Source of the DNA: a virus
Taxonomy: Duplodnaviria > Caudoviricetes
IMG/VR virus record: IMGVR_UViG_3300030109_000604
Location: 1 to 59,842 of that record
DNA length: 59,842 bases
Reading direction: 5' to 3' (one strand)
Both the position numbers and the translations under genes were made by a program. Below the pieces are notes generated by a model that did no database searches, was not told the origin of the DNA, and worked only from the letters and a program-made list of their open reading frames with translations. Shown piece by piece: positions 36,901 through 46,593 of this stretch (within the stretch, counting starts at the first letter, position 1; each line of letters begins with the position of its first letter).

Positions 36901-37183
36901 TTCTGGATTTAGACCGGCTTGGTTAATGATTAAAGAATATAGCGGCAGTAACAATGGTAATTGGTTTATAAGAGACAGCGCCAGAAATCCGTACAACCCG
37001 ACTGATCTTGACCTAATGGCTAATTCGACAGACGCGCAATATACGGATTCAAACTCTGATATAGATTTTACGGCTAACGGTTTTAAGATTAGATCTAATG
37101 CTGGCGGCTATAATGAAAGCGGTGCGAAGAATCTATACATCGCATTTGCAGACCAACCATTTAACTTAGCGCGGGCGAGGTAG
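33986..37183 (+). CDS. tail/receptor-binding protein with tandem LamG/ConA-like and SPRY-like domains
   Basis: Two LDGSADYL..TPS domains, GKFYFE, PDFVWIK.R, HGL...P, GF.PAW.MIK. Confidence 0.85.
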   Translation: MPIWSPALFFASTSDTAYTIQDSVMLDGSADYLTLTPSFNALDNTKVTFSWWQKRSTLSTVSWLYDAGSNNDQMQFAAADDLEVSLNATTDAYLNTTALFRDPTAWQNFVVSFDTGNSTSGDRMRIWNNGTEITAFDTDTMPSAGYALDFLANGIVQNLGRRGNNSQFWGGYLAEFIGLDGISVTDASKFGETNDDGIWIPKDPSDTDNIADWGGSNSFWLKFADATNLGFNSRPTAVTAVAETYKIDNSLWLDGSADYLSRTPSSTGTPKTQTFSFWTKANVTSGDTAIFGAWPDDSNHSYIDFNGGGAGILRTAVQVSGSNKLDLRPTPVYLDTTAWKHWVFIYDFTNEVSTDRCRVYRNGVRINAFGTATYPATTDTPHWATSGTPETIGAVKPSSPVWFANIYLADFIRLDGYAAEPTDFGGWNATGDWVPIDPTSFVTSNKGTNGFHLDFADPSAPGNDISGNNNDFAANGTIATTQTTTDSPTNTSGDNEGNYATLNPLSKSSGGATTATISEGNTRWLRPNDGSNNQQCYATFGADEGKFYFEFKLLQANNGFDTGLFAEGEINGNEGAGYTGYDVQGYYLENYGTGVVWKVTTADGSGGGSRTDTGDSCTANDVMKIAVDFDAGKIWLGNVTQDTYYNSSGADVAFNTSTPTFTFTANTRLFPYIFGHAQINEAKFRFNPALWTGSAPTGFKPWNTSELPSPTVTDPRAYWSNSLYYGTAQNRSVRQCFDSTGTAWTPDFVWIKGRSHAGEHVLLDSVRGVTKVLTPDSNAAEFTDTKSLTSFDEGGFTLGVGDDRNDSNDDGKTYVAWCMKAGGAASSNGNGSITSSVSAANHGGFSIATWTGNGSAGATIGHGLSRKPAMGIFRRLSLAQDWAVYHEGLDASAPEDKYVNLNLTNDVQDATWLNDTAPTTSVWTLGTSGYVNTSSETFVGYFFARTPGLIGIGTYTGNNSTDGPMVTIDDGASGFRPAWLMIKEYSGSNNGNWFIRDSARNPYNPTDLDLMANSTDAQYTDSNSDIDFTANGFKIRSNAGGYNESGAKNLYIAFADQPFNLARAR

Positions 37184-37185
37184 TC

Positions 37186-38943
37186 ATGCCGCAGTCATAT
37201 TCCCCGGTCGACTTTCCACAGGATTGGTCCGCAGTAAGTATGTCTGCTTCTAGCCAGTTCACTGACTCCTGCTCGGATGATGCAGATAACGATATTGGGA
37301 ACTACTGTACTTGGAACGCTATTTGTGCCTTTCCTTCAGCGAAAGTCACGTTAGGCGATGGTAATACTAAGGCTACAATAACTCCTGATGGAGCTATTAT
37401 CGGAAATCAGTTTTTTGATGTTACCGATAGTGATGGGTTCTATTGGGAAACAAAGTTTATATCTAATGTAAGTAATGCAGAACACGTTGGCATTGGACAG
37501 CAAACTGTGCCACTAAATAATACAAGTTATCTTAATAATGGCATAGCCACTTATCTTAGTGATGGTGGTGCGGATCATACATCTAGTGATAGATATTCAG
37601 GTGGAACATTCCCCACCTATACTGATGGCGATACAATTAGTGTAGCCGTTAAGGGTGGAGCTATCTGGTTTGCAAAAAATAACACTTGGATTAATGGTGC
37701 ATCGGCAGCAGAGATTGCGGCTGGAACAACTACAAATGCAGTGTTTACTGGCTTGACAGGTATGTGGACTCCTATGGTTCGTGGGCATAGTGGCAGTGCT
37801 ACAGTATCAACAACTAATTGGGGTGCATCTGCTTTTGCGTATACACCGCCAACTGGCCTAAAGCGCCTTATGACAGCAGATAGATCGGCTCCGACTGTAA
37901 CCAAACCAGATGATTTTTTTAATACGCTTTTGTACACCGGGAATGGTGGAACCTTAGCGGTAACTGGCGCGGGATTTCAGCCTGACTTTGTTTGGTTAAA
38001 ATGTCGTTCCGTCGCTACAAACTGGAATGTGGTAGACGTTGTTCGTGGTGCCGATGCTATGTTGAGAATGGCAAGTAGTACCAACACAGAACAAAGTGGT
38101 GCGAACCAAGAATTTGAGAGCTTTGACTCTGACGGGTTCACGGTAATTCATCACGGCGGTGTTGTTGAAGAACTAAATAGGAGCGGTGCAACTTACGTGG
38201 GGTATTGCATGAAGGCTGGTGGGTCTCCTTCTAGCAATGTTCAGGGGAATGTCACGAGTTCAGTTAGCGCAGCGAGTCACGGCGGGTTCAGTATTGGAAC
38301 ATTCACTACTGGCACCACTGGCGCGATCACGATTGGTCATGGCCTCAGCCGTGCGCCCGGAATGATCATTGTCAAAGACAGAGTATCGACAGGTCAGTAT
38401 TGGACCTTTCTTGAATCACAAGGTGCCGGAAAATATTTAACTCTTAATACTACTGACGCGCCCGCATCTAGTACGGCAGTGTGGAATAATACGGCCCCGA
38501 CAGCCACTGTGTTTTCTACGCAAGATAATGGTGCATGGTTAACGGCTAACAATAGTCATGTGTTCTATGCTTTTGCTAAGACGCCGGGTCTAATTGGCAT
38601 GGGAACCTACACGGGTAATGGCTCTGCCGACGGAGCATTTATACAAGTTGATGATGGCGCATCTGGCTTTAAGCCAGCTTGGGTAATGGTCAAAAGACTA
38701 GAAGCTGGCTATGCGTGGCATATTCAAGACGCAGTTAGATCTCCATATAACCCAACGGCACTGGGTCTTAATGCCAATGACACTGGAACCGACAGCGCCT
38801 CAACAGCGTATGATTTTATTGCTAATGGATTTAAGTTAAGAACCACGGATGGTGGATATAATGGCTCTGCGTCATATATGTATTTAGCGTTTGCAGAAGA
38901 TCCATTTGGTGGTGACGGTGTAGCGCAAGCAAGAGCTAGGTGA
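37186..38943 (+). CDS. paralogous receptor-binding protein (SPRY-like plus shared C-terminal module)
   Basis: Aligns to the C-terminal ~600 aa of the upstream gene; both end in ARAR. Confidence 0.85.
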   Translation: MPQSYSPVDFPQDWSAVSMSASSQFTDSCSDDADNDIGNYCTWNAICAFPSAKVTLGDGNTKATITPDGAIIGNQFFDVTDSDGFYWETKFISNVSNAEHVGIGQQTVPLNNTSYLNNGIATYLSDGGADHTSSDRYSGGTFPTYTDGDTISVAVKGGAIWFAKNNTWINGASAAEIAAGTTTNAVFTGLTGMWTPMVRGHSGSATVSTTNWGASAFAYTPPTGLKRLMTADRSAPTVTKPDDFFNTLLYTGNGGTLAVTGAGFQPDFVWLKCRSVATNWNVVDVVRGADAMLRMASSTNTEQSGANQEFESFDSDGFTVIHHGGVVEELNRSGATYVGYCMKAGGSPSSNVQGNVTSSVSAASHGGFSIGTFTTGTTGAITIGHGLSRAPGMIIVKDRVSTGQYWTFLESQGAGKYLTLNTTDAPASSTAVWNNTAPTATVFSTQDNGAWLTANNSHVFYAFAKTPGLIGMGTYTGNGSADGAFIQVDDGASGFKPAWVMVKRLEAGYAWHIQDAVRSPYNPTALGLNANDTGTDSASTAYDFIANGFKLRTTDGGYNGSASYMYLAFAEDPFGGDGVAQARAR

Positions 38944-38949
38944 TTAGGC

Positions 38950-39066
38950 ATGGCTCAAAAAATGCAAACAAAAGTAGAGCGAAAGATAATCCGCCGCAGA
39001 AGTAAGCCTGTTCATCTTCGGCATCGAAAGAAGCTGGGGCCGAAGTCGCACATGCGCGTTAGATAG
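38950..39066 (+). CDS. 38-aa very basic peptide (not in ORF track)
   Basis: MAQKMQTKVERKIIRRRSKPVHLRHRKKLGPKSHMRVR; fills the intergenic gap. Confidence 0.55.
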   Translation: MAQKMQTKVERKIIRRRSKPVHLRHRKKLGPKSHMRVR

Positions 39067-39080
39067 ATTGGAGACGCAAG

Positions 39081-39662
39081 ATGACTACGATTTATAAAGT
39101 TGGCGATAAGTCAATTAAGCCCGGAAGGTCGTGGAAAGACGCCGCTGGTACTGTGCAGCCAAAGAATTGGCACATCTGGAGCGCAGAGGAGAAGAAGGCC
39201 GCTGGGATTAAAGAAGTTGTCTTGCAACCGTTTCCTGATAAGCGCCTCTACACTTCTTCTCACACAGCTACAGGCAGCGTCACTTCTAAAAACAAACCGC
39301 TAGATGACACCAACGAAGTGGACAAAGACGGCAAGCCCATTCTGGATGCTAATGGTAAGCAGCTAGTCACCCTTGGCGTTAAGAGCAATTTGAAGAACGA
39401 AATTAAAGACCAACAACAGTCTCTGCTTTTCCAGACAGATTGGGCCGTTATCCGTAAGGCGGATAAAGGTACCGAGATTCCAGCAAACATTCAGACATGG
39501 CGTGACGCAATCCGTGCAAAGGCTACCGAAATGGAAGAGGCCATTGATAAGGCTTCTAACACAAAAGCAATGGAGGCTTTGTTCGTTAAGTACACCACGG
39601 ATAGCGATGGCAAAACTACGAAGTCAGGCATCCTGTACGATTGGCCTGAACTCGCGGAGTAG
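39081..39662 (+). CDS. tail fibre assembly chaperone-like protein
   Basis: P.NW..WS.EEK.A.G, LL.QTDW.VIRKA....IP......R.AIR. Confidence 0.7.
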   Translation: MTTIYKVGDKSIKPGRSWKDAAGTVQPKNWHIWSAEEKKAAGIKEVVLQPFPDKRLYTSSHTATGSVTSKNKPLDDTNEVDKDGKPILDANGKQLVTLGVKSNLKNEIKDQQQSLLFQTDWAVIRKADKGTEIPANIQTWRDAIRAKATEMEEAIDKASNTKAMEALFVKYTTDSDGKTTKSGILYDWPELAE

Positions 39663-39668
39663 ACCTTC

Positions 39669-41966
39669 ATGCCGTATCAGAACATCACTCTCCGTCCCGG
39701 TATTGTGAGGGAGACCACTTCCTATGCAAACGAAGGGGGATGGTTTGATTGTGACATGGTGCGGTTTAGGTATGGTTTGCCTGAGAAGTTCGGCGGTTGG
39801 ACAAAAGCAACGTCTTCTTCTTTTCAAGGCGCGTGTCGGTCTCTACACAATTGGGTCGCCGCAGACGGTTCAAACTATCTTGGGGTGGGGACTAACTTAA
39901 AATTCTATATAGAAGAGGGAAACAACTTCTACGACATTACCCCAGTTAGGAGGACGGCCTCCCTGACAGCAGCGGCGCTAGCCACTGTTAACACAGAAAA
40001 GACTGTTACTGTTACTGATCCCGGACATGGGGCGTTACAGAATGATTTTGTTACCTTTACAGGTTTAAGCGCAGTTAATGGTATTGTTGCTGGCGACCTT
40101 AACAAGGAGCATCAGATAACAAGTGTCACGGATTCCAACATCTATGTTATTACAGTCACTGGGGCAGCGACCTCGACGGGAACTGGTTCGGGGGGAGATG
40201 CGTTCACAGCGACGTATCAGATTAATACTGGTCCCAATTCGACCGCTGGCGGTACTGGTTGGGGTGCTGGTCTGTGGGGTGGCATTGTTACGGGCGCTAC
40301 AGCTACTACTTTAAACGGAGCTATATCTAGCCCTACATCTACGTCGAACATTACATTAGCTTCTGCCACTGGTTTTTCGTCAGGCAGTAGCACCTTGGGT
40401 ACAACCATTACCGACGCCAGCACTTCGATCACCGTGGCTAGCTCTACAGGGTTTCCTGATAAAGGAACAATTACAGTAGGCTCTGAAGTTATTAAGTACA
40501 ATAACCTGTCCGGGAATGTATTTACAGACCTCACTCGTGGAGCTTTCGGAACAACTGCTGCCGCCCATACATCTGGGGCGACTGTAACTTATCTGGGAGT
40601 TGTCCTGATAGACGATGAGCTTATCACCTACACTGGCATTTCAACTAATGACCTGACAGGAATAACACGGGGCACCAGAGGAACAACTGGGGCCACTCAC
40701 AGTGACGCTGTTCCAGTTCAGGATGCTCGTACTTACATTGGGTGGGGAGACGCCTCTTCCGTCACCGTAACGAATGAGCTTCGCTTGTGGTCACAAGATA
40801 ATTACGAAGAGGATCTTCTCTTCAATGTGCGTGATGGCGCTATTTATATATGGCAAAAAGTTAACGGCCTCTTAACGGCAGGAGTCGATCTTAGTTCTTT
40901 GGCAGGTGGCATTGATGTTCCCGTGGTTGCAAAGCAAGTGCTTACCTCTGATCGTGACGGTCATGTGATTTGTTTCGGAACCAATCCTGCTGGGTCTAGT
41001 ACACAAGACCCCTTGTTGGTTCGCTGGTCTAATATAGAGAGCTTTACTGATTGGGATATAACGGGCGCAACGGCTGGGGATATGCCGTTAGGATCAGGTT
41101 CAACCTTTGTTAAAGCAGTTGAAACTAAACGTGAGATTGTTATCTGGACAGATACTGCGATGTACTCCATGACATTTGTAGGAAGCCCAGACACATTTAA
41201 GTTTACGCAAATATCAAATAACACCACCATTATTTCCCCCAATGCTGTGGGGAACGTCGATGATGTATTGTTCTGGATGGGGCGCGAAACTTTTTATAAG
41301 TATGACGGGCGTGTTCAGCAGATGCCCTGCCCGATTAGGTTCAAAGTGTTTGGAGACCTGAACACAACTCGGATAAGTACAATCTATGCAGGGGTTAATT
41401 CAGAGTTCACGGAGGTGATCTGGTTTTATCCCTCTGCCGATTCTGAAGAGAATGATTCTTATGTTGTCTACAACTATGGCGAGAACGTCTGGTACTACGG
41501 AAAACTTTCCCGTACAGCTTGGTTGGACAGGGGGGTTCGTGATTTCCCTCAAGCTACGGGGGTAGAGTCCAACCCCTACTTGTATAATCACGAAAGCGGT
41601 AACGATAACGACGGCTCTGCTATTACGGCTTTTGTAGAAAGCTCTCAGTTTGATATTGGACAGGGAGACCAGTTTAGTTTTGTGGATCGTCTAATTCCTG
41701 ATCTTACTTTCGACGGGTCAACAGGAGTGGACCCCACGGCAACCTTCACTATACAAGCGCGTAATTTCCCCGGCGCTACCTATGATCAGTCTCAATCGGC
41801 TGGCGTTACCAAGACTGCAGCAACCCCAATCCAACAGTTTACGAATCAGGCCTTCTTACGAGTGCGGGGCAGGAGCATATCATTAAAGGTATCAAGTGAT
41901 GCCGAAGGAGTTCAATGGAGGCTAGGTGTTCCGCGTCTGAACATTAGACCGGATGGCAGAAGATGA
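39669..41966 (+). CDS. tail nozzle / DNA stabilisation protein (P22 gp10-like) with inserted domains
   Basis: RPGI....T.Y..EG.W...D.VRFR.G.PEK.GGW, D..LVRWS, FWMG...F..YDG, F.EV.WFYPS, WRLG..R....PDGRR. Confidence 0.8.
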   Translation: MPYQNITLRPGIVRETTSYANEGGWFDCDMVRFRYGLPEKFGGWTKATSSSFQGACRSLHNWVAADGSNYLGVGTNLKFYIEEGNNFYDITPVRRTASLTAAALATVNTEKTVTVTDPGHGALQNDFVTFTGLSAVNGIVAGDLNKEHQITSVTDSNIYVITVTGAATSTGTGSGGDAFTATYQINTGPNSTAGGTGWGAGLWGGIVTGATATTLNGAISSPTSTSNITLASATGFSSGSSTLGTTITDASTSITVASSTGFPDKGTITVGSEVIKYNNLSGNVFTDLTRGAFGTTAAAHTSGATVTYLGVVLIDDELITYTGISTNDLTGITRGTRGTTGATHSDAVPVQDARTYIGWGDASSVTVTNELRLWSQDNYEEDLLFNVRDGAIYIWQKVNGLLTAGVDLSSLAGGIDVPVVAKQVLTSDRDGHVICFGTNPAGSSTQDPLLVRWSNIESFTDWDITGATAGDMPLGSGSTFVKAVETKREIVIWTDTAMYSMTFVGSPDTFKFTQISNNTTIISPNAVGNVDDVLFWMGRETFYKYDGRVQQMPCPIRFKVFGDLNTTRISTIYAGVNSEFTEVIWFYPSADSEENDSYVVYNYGENVWYYGKLSRTAWLDRGVRDFPQATGVESNPYLYNHESGNDNDGSAITAFVESSQFDIGQGDQFSFVDRLIPDLTFDGSTGVDPTATFTIQARNFPGATYDQSQSAGVTKTAATPIQQFTNQAFLRVRGRSISLKVSSDAEGVQWRLGVPRLNIRPDGRR

Positions 41967-42259
41967 TTTTTACCGCTGGAGTTCCTGTATTTCCGACACC
42001 TCCTGAGGAGTACGACGCAGCATATGTTGCTGATCTTATAAGGGCTTTAAACTATTTTGTAGATCAGGCAGGCAATGCTGGCCCGATGCGAGGCACAACT
42101 CTAGTTCTGACTGATCTTCCTACAAGTGGGGCACAGTTAGAAACTGGTACGGTGTACAACGATAATGGTACACTCAAAGTAGTTCTCGTAAACGTGGGGT
42201 ATGCAAGTTCAGTAAGTGCTGCATTAAGTATTGGCACTGTAACAGTTACGACATCGTAG
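41963..42259 (+). CDS. small tail protein
   Basis: P.PP.EYD..Y...L.R.L..F, LPTS...L..G.VY.D.GTLK.V. Confidence 0.7.
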   Translation: MIFTAGVPVFPTPPEEYDAAYVADLIRALNYFVDQAGNAGPMRGTTLVLTDLPTSGAQLETGTVYNDNGTLKVVLVNVGYASSVSAALSIGTVTVTTS

Positions 42260-42263
42260 GTGT

Positions 42264-45047
42264 ATGATGGACGATTTTGATATGTTCGGCGACCAAACTG
42301 AAATTGGTGATCCGGGCGAACACGATCTTGGACTCGATGATCCGTCTGAAGAGGCGTTTTATGATCCGCCTCCATACGAGCCGCCCCGTAATATTATCAG
42401 CCCAGATAGGAGTCCTATCGGGCAGGCTTTTGATGCGGTGATAGGACTTGTTCCAGACCCAACTACCGTGAAAGGCGCTTTTGATCTAGGCTTAACTGCT
42501 TTCAGTCTGGGGTCAAATAAAGCGGCAATGCAAGCGGCTAGCTATGCTAACACGATGATGAATGCCGCAGGTCGCACTAGCCCTCCCTCTTCATCTTCCT
42601 CAAAGGGGTTTACACAACCGGGACCGCATCCTGATGAAGGTAGGTTTGATATAGCTGGAGCGCCGCCCCCGCCGGGCGCTCCTCCAGCTATGCTATCTAT
42701 ACCAAGTGGTCGGCCCACACCAGTTAGCCCAGTAAATATTGTGAGCTTGAGGGACCCAGTTGAGTTCCAGACTCAACCTATTCCGAGTATTCCGAGTCCT
42801 ATTCCGGGTATTCCGAGTCCTCCGCGAGAAGAAATTGTAGGTAGGCCCCGGAGCCCATCAATGGAGCGAGAGCCGCAAATGCGAGCCGCGTCGAGAACTC
42901 CTTCCGGTCAGCAAGTAGAAATGCGTTCTACGACAGCGCCTTCCGAAGGACGACCTTCTCCGGCCCAGAACATTGCAGCGCTAGGGAACTATACAGGTGG
43001 AGAAACAGGGCGAAATATCGACGCATTTCTTGGTAAGGGAGTAGAATTTTTTGGTGGCCTTGAAAGGGGCGCTAAGGATTTTGCTGAAAACCTTGCTAAT
43101 CTGTTCACGGGCAAGTCGCAGAATGTAGCAGCCCCATCAGGCCGATACTCCCCCTTTGGCCCGCCAACGCAAACTGCGGAACGAGACCCTAGTAAGTATG
43201 GCGGCCAAGATGGTGACGGGGCAGGAGATCCCATTTACCCTCGTGAAGCAAGCGCTCCGGTTGCGCAGGAGGAACTAGCGCCGATTAACCCGGCTGCTTA
43301 CGAAAGTTACTTTATGGGGTATGATCCCGATTATGATCCTTATTTAGCTGGCTTTGTGGGACAGCCAGATATTTACGGGCGGCGCGAAGTAGTAGCAGAA
43401 GGTGGTGGTGGCATTATGAATTTACGAAAACAAGCAAACCAATTGGCCGCTCAGGGGCGTGGTGGGGACACCATGCTTATGCACATGCGCCCTGACGAGG
43501 TGGCTGGTCTGGCTTCTCTAGGAGGAGTTACTAGGAACCCGTCTACAGGATTGCCTGAAGGCTTCCTGCTTCCTGCTCTTGGTGCGTTCTTGCCCGGTAT
43601 GATGGGCTTGGGGGGCGGTAGTATTTTGGGTGGCGCTTTAGCTACGGGCTTGGGCGCAGGCGCAGGGCAGGCGTTGCAGAGTAAAATGTTGGGGGAGGAA
43701 GATCCACTTAAGAAAGGAATGATGGCGGGCCTCACCGCAGGTCTAGGCAGCGCAGCGCTTGGCGGGTTTGGTCAAATGTTTGGAGGGGAAGTTGGCGGGT
43801 TTTCTGGTTCTCTCACCCCTGAAACTACAGCCGGATTAACTAAAGCTGGCGGGGATGCTCTTGGCGAGGCTTCAAAAAGAGCAGGAATGTTTGAGCTTAA
43901 CCCGACATTTCCCTCCAGAGGGCCACAGCTAAGGAAGGCGGGGGACGCAGCCCGCGAAGCACTGGCGGTTAATCCGGGAATAACGGGCGGAACGCTGGGT
44001 GGCTTAGGTGGTATGGCGGCAGACCTTTATGCTATGCACGGCGCTGGAAGCAAGATGCCCGAAGAAGGCACTTCAAGCAAAAGTTTCCGAGAACCGCAGG
44101 TGCGTAAGCGCACAGGGTTAGCGCAGTCTGGTGACCTCACCTCCTACGGGTTCGGCCCAGAGGGTTTGTTCTTCGGGGAGGGGGTCTATGCGGAAGACGG
44201 CGGCAGGCCAGTAAAGAGGATGAGTCCGGGTGGTTTCGCTAGGCCTCTTATGAGCAGGCCTCCTATGGGCAGGCGCTTGCCCCGCTCTCCTTTCGGGGGG
44301 CAAAGCGAAGGTGTTCAAGGCAGTGTGTCTGAGGCGACACAGAACTTAGGAGAAGCAGGGCAGGCATTGCGATCAGCGACCGATCAAGTGCAGAGAGCGC
44401 AGGGCACCCTTAATCCTAGCATGCGGCGGCAAGGTGGATTTGGGGGCGGTATGCTTGGTGGGCTAGCGAACTTGTTTGGAGGCTCTAACCAGCAACAGAT
44501 GCTACAAGAGCAACAACAACTTGATGCTGAAAGAGCGCCATATATAGATCCGCGCAGGAGGATGGAAGAAGGTGGCATCGCCTCAATGCCCCCAGAGGGC
44601 GGTGATGCAGTGGCGTTGCAAGTAACACAAGACGCAGTAGAAGCCGTGCGCGGTGAACATCCTGAGCCAGAGATAGCTATCGAATCATTTGTTTCTTACT
44701 TCGGCCCGGAAGCGTTTGAGAGTCTTCGTCGCCTAGTTATTCAGGAAGAGTCCGCAAGGACTATGGGCAAGGCAGACGGACTTGTTAATGGCGATGATGG
44801 TGGCCGGGATGACATACAGCGTGGTACTATTGACGGAGATCAAGAGCTTAACATTAGCGGGGGCGAGTACATATTCTCTGCTGACGATGTGGCTCTAATC
44901 GGTGATGGGAATACCGAAGCTGGCGCAAGAAGGTTAGATGAGGCGCGAGATAAACTAAGGCGTTCAGCTAGGGGCACGACAGAGCGGCCTGCTTACATGG
45001 GTGAGGGCGCTGCTACGGAGATGATGGAAGAGGTAATGACTGCTTGA
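42264..45047 (+). CDS. internal virion / ejection protein
   Basis: GRGGDT.L.HM...EV..L......NP.TGLPE, Gly-rich hydrophobic segments, C-terminal G..DD...S.GEY..SAD.V..IG.G.T.AGA..L. Confidence 0.7.
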   Translation: MMDDFDMFGDQTEIGDPGEHDLGLDDPSEEAFYDPPPYEPPRNIISPDRSPIGQAFDAVIGLVPDPTTVKGAFDLGLTAFSLGSNKAAMQAASYANTMMNAAGRTSPPSSSSSKGFTQPGPHPDEGRFDIAGAPPPPGAPPAMLSIPSGRPTPVSPVNIVSLRDPVEFQTQPIPSIPSPIPGIPSPPREEIVGRPRSPSMEREPQMRAASRTPSGQQVEMRSTTAPSEGRPSPAQNIAALGNYTGGETGRNIDAFLGKGVEFFGGLERGAKDFAENLANLFTGKSQNVAAPSGRYSPFGPPTQTAERDPSKYGGQDGDGAGDPIYPREASAPVAQEELAPINPAAYESYFMGYDPDYDPYLAGFVGQPDIYGRREVVAEGGGGIMNLRKQANQLAAQGRGGDTMLMHMRPDEVAGLASLGGVTRNPSTGLPEGFLLPALGAFLPGMMGLGGGSILGGALATGLGAGAGQALQSKMLGEEDPLKKGMMAGLTAGLGSAALGGFGQMFGGEVGGFSGSLTPETTAGLTKAGGDALGEASKRAGMFELNPTFPSRGPQLRKAGDAAREALAVNPGITGGTLGGLGGMAADLYAMHGAGSKMPEEGTSSKSFREPQVRKRTGLAQSGDLTSYGFGPEGLFFGEGVYAEDGGRPVKRMSPGGFARPLMSRPPMGRRLPRSPFGGQSEGVQGSVSEATQNLGEAGQALRSATDQVQRAQGTLNPSMRRQGGFGGGMLGGLANLFGGSNQQQMLQEQQQLDAERAPYIDPRRRMEEGGIASMPPEGGDAVALQVTQDAVEAVRGEHPEPEIAIESFVSYFGPEAFESLRRLVIQEESARTMGKADGLVNGDDGGRDDIQRGTIDGDQELNISGGEYIFSADDVALIGDGNTEAGARRLDEARDKLRRSARGTTERPAYMGEGAATEMMEEVMTA

Positions 45048-45463
45048 AAGTATCTATTGTCCCGCCCGAAAGGGTGCATGAGTGCTGGAATGAGGTGGCT
45101 CCGCTGCTTCAGCCAGCGGTGGACAGATCCGGGGGAAGGTTCCTCATGGAGGATGTCTATCATTTAGTTGCTACAGGTGAGAACCACTTGTGGGTAGTGT
45201 TTGAAGATGGGGTTATTGTGGCGTGTTGCACTACAGCGTTTACGGAATACCCGCGAAAGAGAATGTTAACAGGGCAATTTTTAGGTGGAAGCCAGATGAT
45301 GGAATGGGTTCCCAAACTAGATGAGGTCTTACAACAGTGGGGCACAGATCACGGGTGTTCTGGGATTGAGTTGACCGGGCGCAAAGGCTGGCTCCGGGTT
45401 TTGGATAAGATAGGCTGGGACATTACGTTCTACATAATGGAGAAAAGCTATGGGCAAAGGTAG
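45044..45463 (+). CDS. GNAT-like protein of the ejection module
   Basis: LWV......T....YP.K......GG, GC..IE..GRKGW.RVL. Confidence 0.65.
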   Translation: MKVSIVPPERVHECWNEVAPLLQPAVDRSGGRFLMEDVYHLVATGENHLWVVFEDGVIVACCTTAFTEYPRKRMLTGQFLGGSQMMEWVPKLDEVLQQWGTDHGCSGIELTGRKGWLRVLDKIGWDITFYIMEKSYGQR

Positions 45464-46589
45464 CGGCGGTGGGCCTACCCCCACCCCTACAAAAAGCACG
45501 GTTACACAGACAAGTCTGCCCGAATATGCGCAGCCTTATTATGAGGACCTATTAGATCGTGGCGTAACGGAGTCAAAGACCCCTTATGAAACCTATGGTG
45601 GCCCCCGTATAGCTGGCTTCACTCCAACTCAACAAGCCGGTTTTGATATGCAAGTAGCTTCTGCTACGGAAGCACCTACTGGCATGACGGATGCTAGGGA
45701 CTATTACTCAGGAATTTTAAATAGGTCTTATCCTTCTCGACCCGGAGGAGGCAAGCCGGGCCTTGGGGGGCGTTCTCCTTTGCCCCCGAGGCGCTTTATG
45801 GAAGCTGTTGCAGGGTCGCCGCCGCCACCTGGGGGTGAGCAAATGGATGCCTCCGGAGTTTCTGGCGGTCAGAGAGGCCCTCGTGCCTTCCAGGCCCAGA
45901 ACTACCAGAAGTTTGTTGGGGGGTATGACCCATCAGAGTCCTATAAGGAATACATGGACCCGTACTTAGAGGACGTTCTTGGTCGTCAACGAACACGGGC
46001 CGATGAACTCTTTGCTGAACAGCAACAGGCACGGACAGATCAAAGAATTGCAGCAGGAGGCCGCAGAGGCAGTCGTCGTTACGTCCAGCAGGCCTTGGAG
46101 CGTGATAAGTATGAGCAACGCATGGGTGACCTAGAGGCCAAGCAAAGGTCTCAAGGGTATCTCTCAGCCCAACAACAGGCTAGGGACCAGTTCTTGCGTG
46201 ATCGGCAGGCTCGTATGGACGCTGCAAAATTGGGGAGCGCCGATAGATTGTCGGAGGCTGGCTATGGTTTACAAGCAGCGGCGGCGGCTGCGGGGCTTGA
46301 TCCTCAATTGTTTGCCCTACAGCAGCAACAAGCTGGCGCATTGCAAGGAGTGGGCGCTGCGGAGCAGAAGATGGATCAATCAAACCTTGATCTTGCTTAT
46401 CAAGACTTCCTTAACCAGAGGGACTTTGATCGTAGGCAGCTTCAGTTCTTGGCTGGTCTACTACAGGGCGTGCCTGTTACCCCTCAATCCGAGGTCTACC
46501 AGTATCAAGCCCCCGGATCATTTAGCGGTCAGTTGGCTGGTGCTGGTCTTGGTGGTTTGGGGTTATACAAAATGCTTTCAGGATCTTAG
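45450..46589 (+). CDS. DNA ejection/transfer protein
   Basis: MGKGSGG N-terminus, LPEYAQPY, Y.GPRIAGF, YMDPY...V, Q..LD.AYQDF, Gly-rich C-terminus. Confidence 0.7.
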   Translation: MGKGSGGGPTPTPTKSTVTQTSLPEYAQPYYEDLLDRGVTESKTPYETYGGPRIAGFTPTQQAGFDMQVASATEAPTGMTDARDYYSGILNRSYPSRPGGGKPGLGGRSPLPPRRFMEAVAGSPPPPGGEQMDASGVSGGQRGPRAFQAQNYQKFVGGYDPSESYKEYMDPYLEDVLGRQRTRADELFAEQQQARTDQRIAAGGRRGSRRYVQQALERDKYEQRMGDLEAKQRSQGYLSAQQQARDQFLRDRQARMDAAKLGSADRLSEAGYGLQAAAAAAGLDPQLFALQQQQAGALQGVGAAEQKMDQSNLDLAYQDFLNQRDFDRRQLQFLAGLLQGVPVTPQSEVYQYQAPGSFSGQLAGAGLGGLGLYKMLSGS

Positions 46590-46593
46590 GGCC

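Noticed and set aside
37181-37188. Stop-codon readthrough joining the two receptor-binding genes
   Set aside because: The genes are in different frames and no slippery site was seen.
46198-46593. N-terminal extension of the 1020-aa ORF
   Set aside because: Overlaps the upstream ejection gene; ATG 46594 follows its stop directly.
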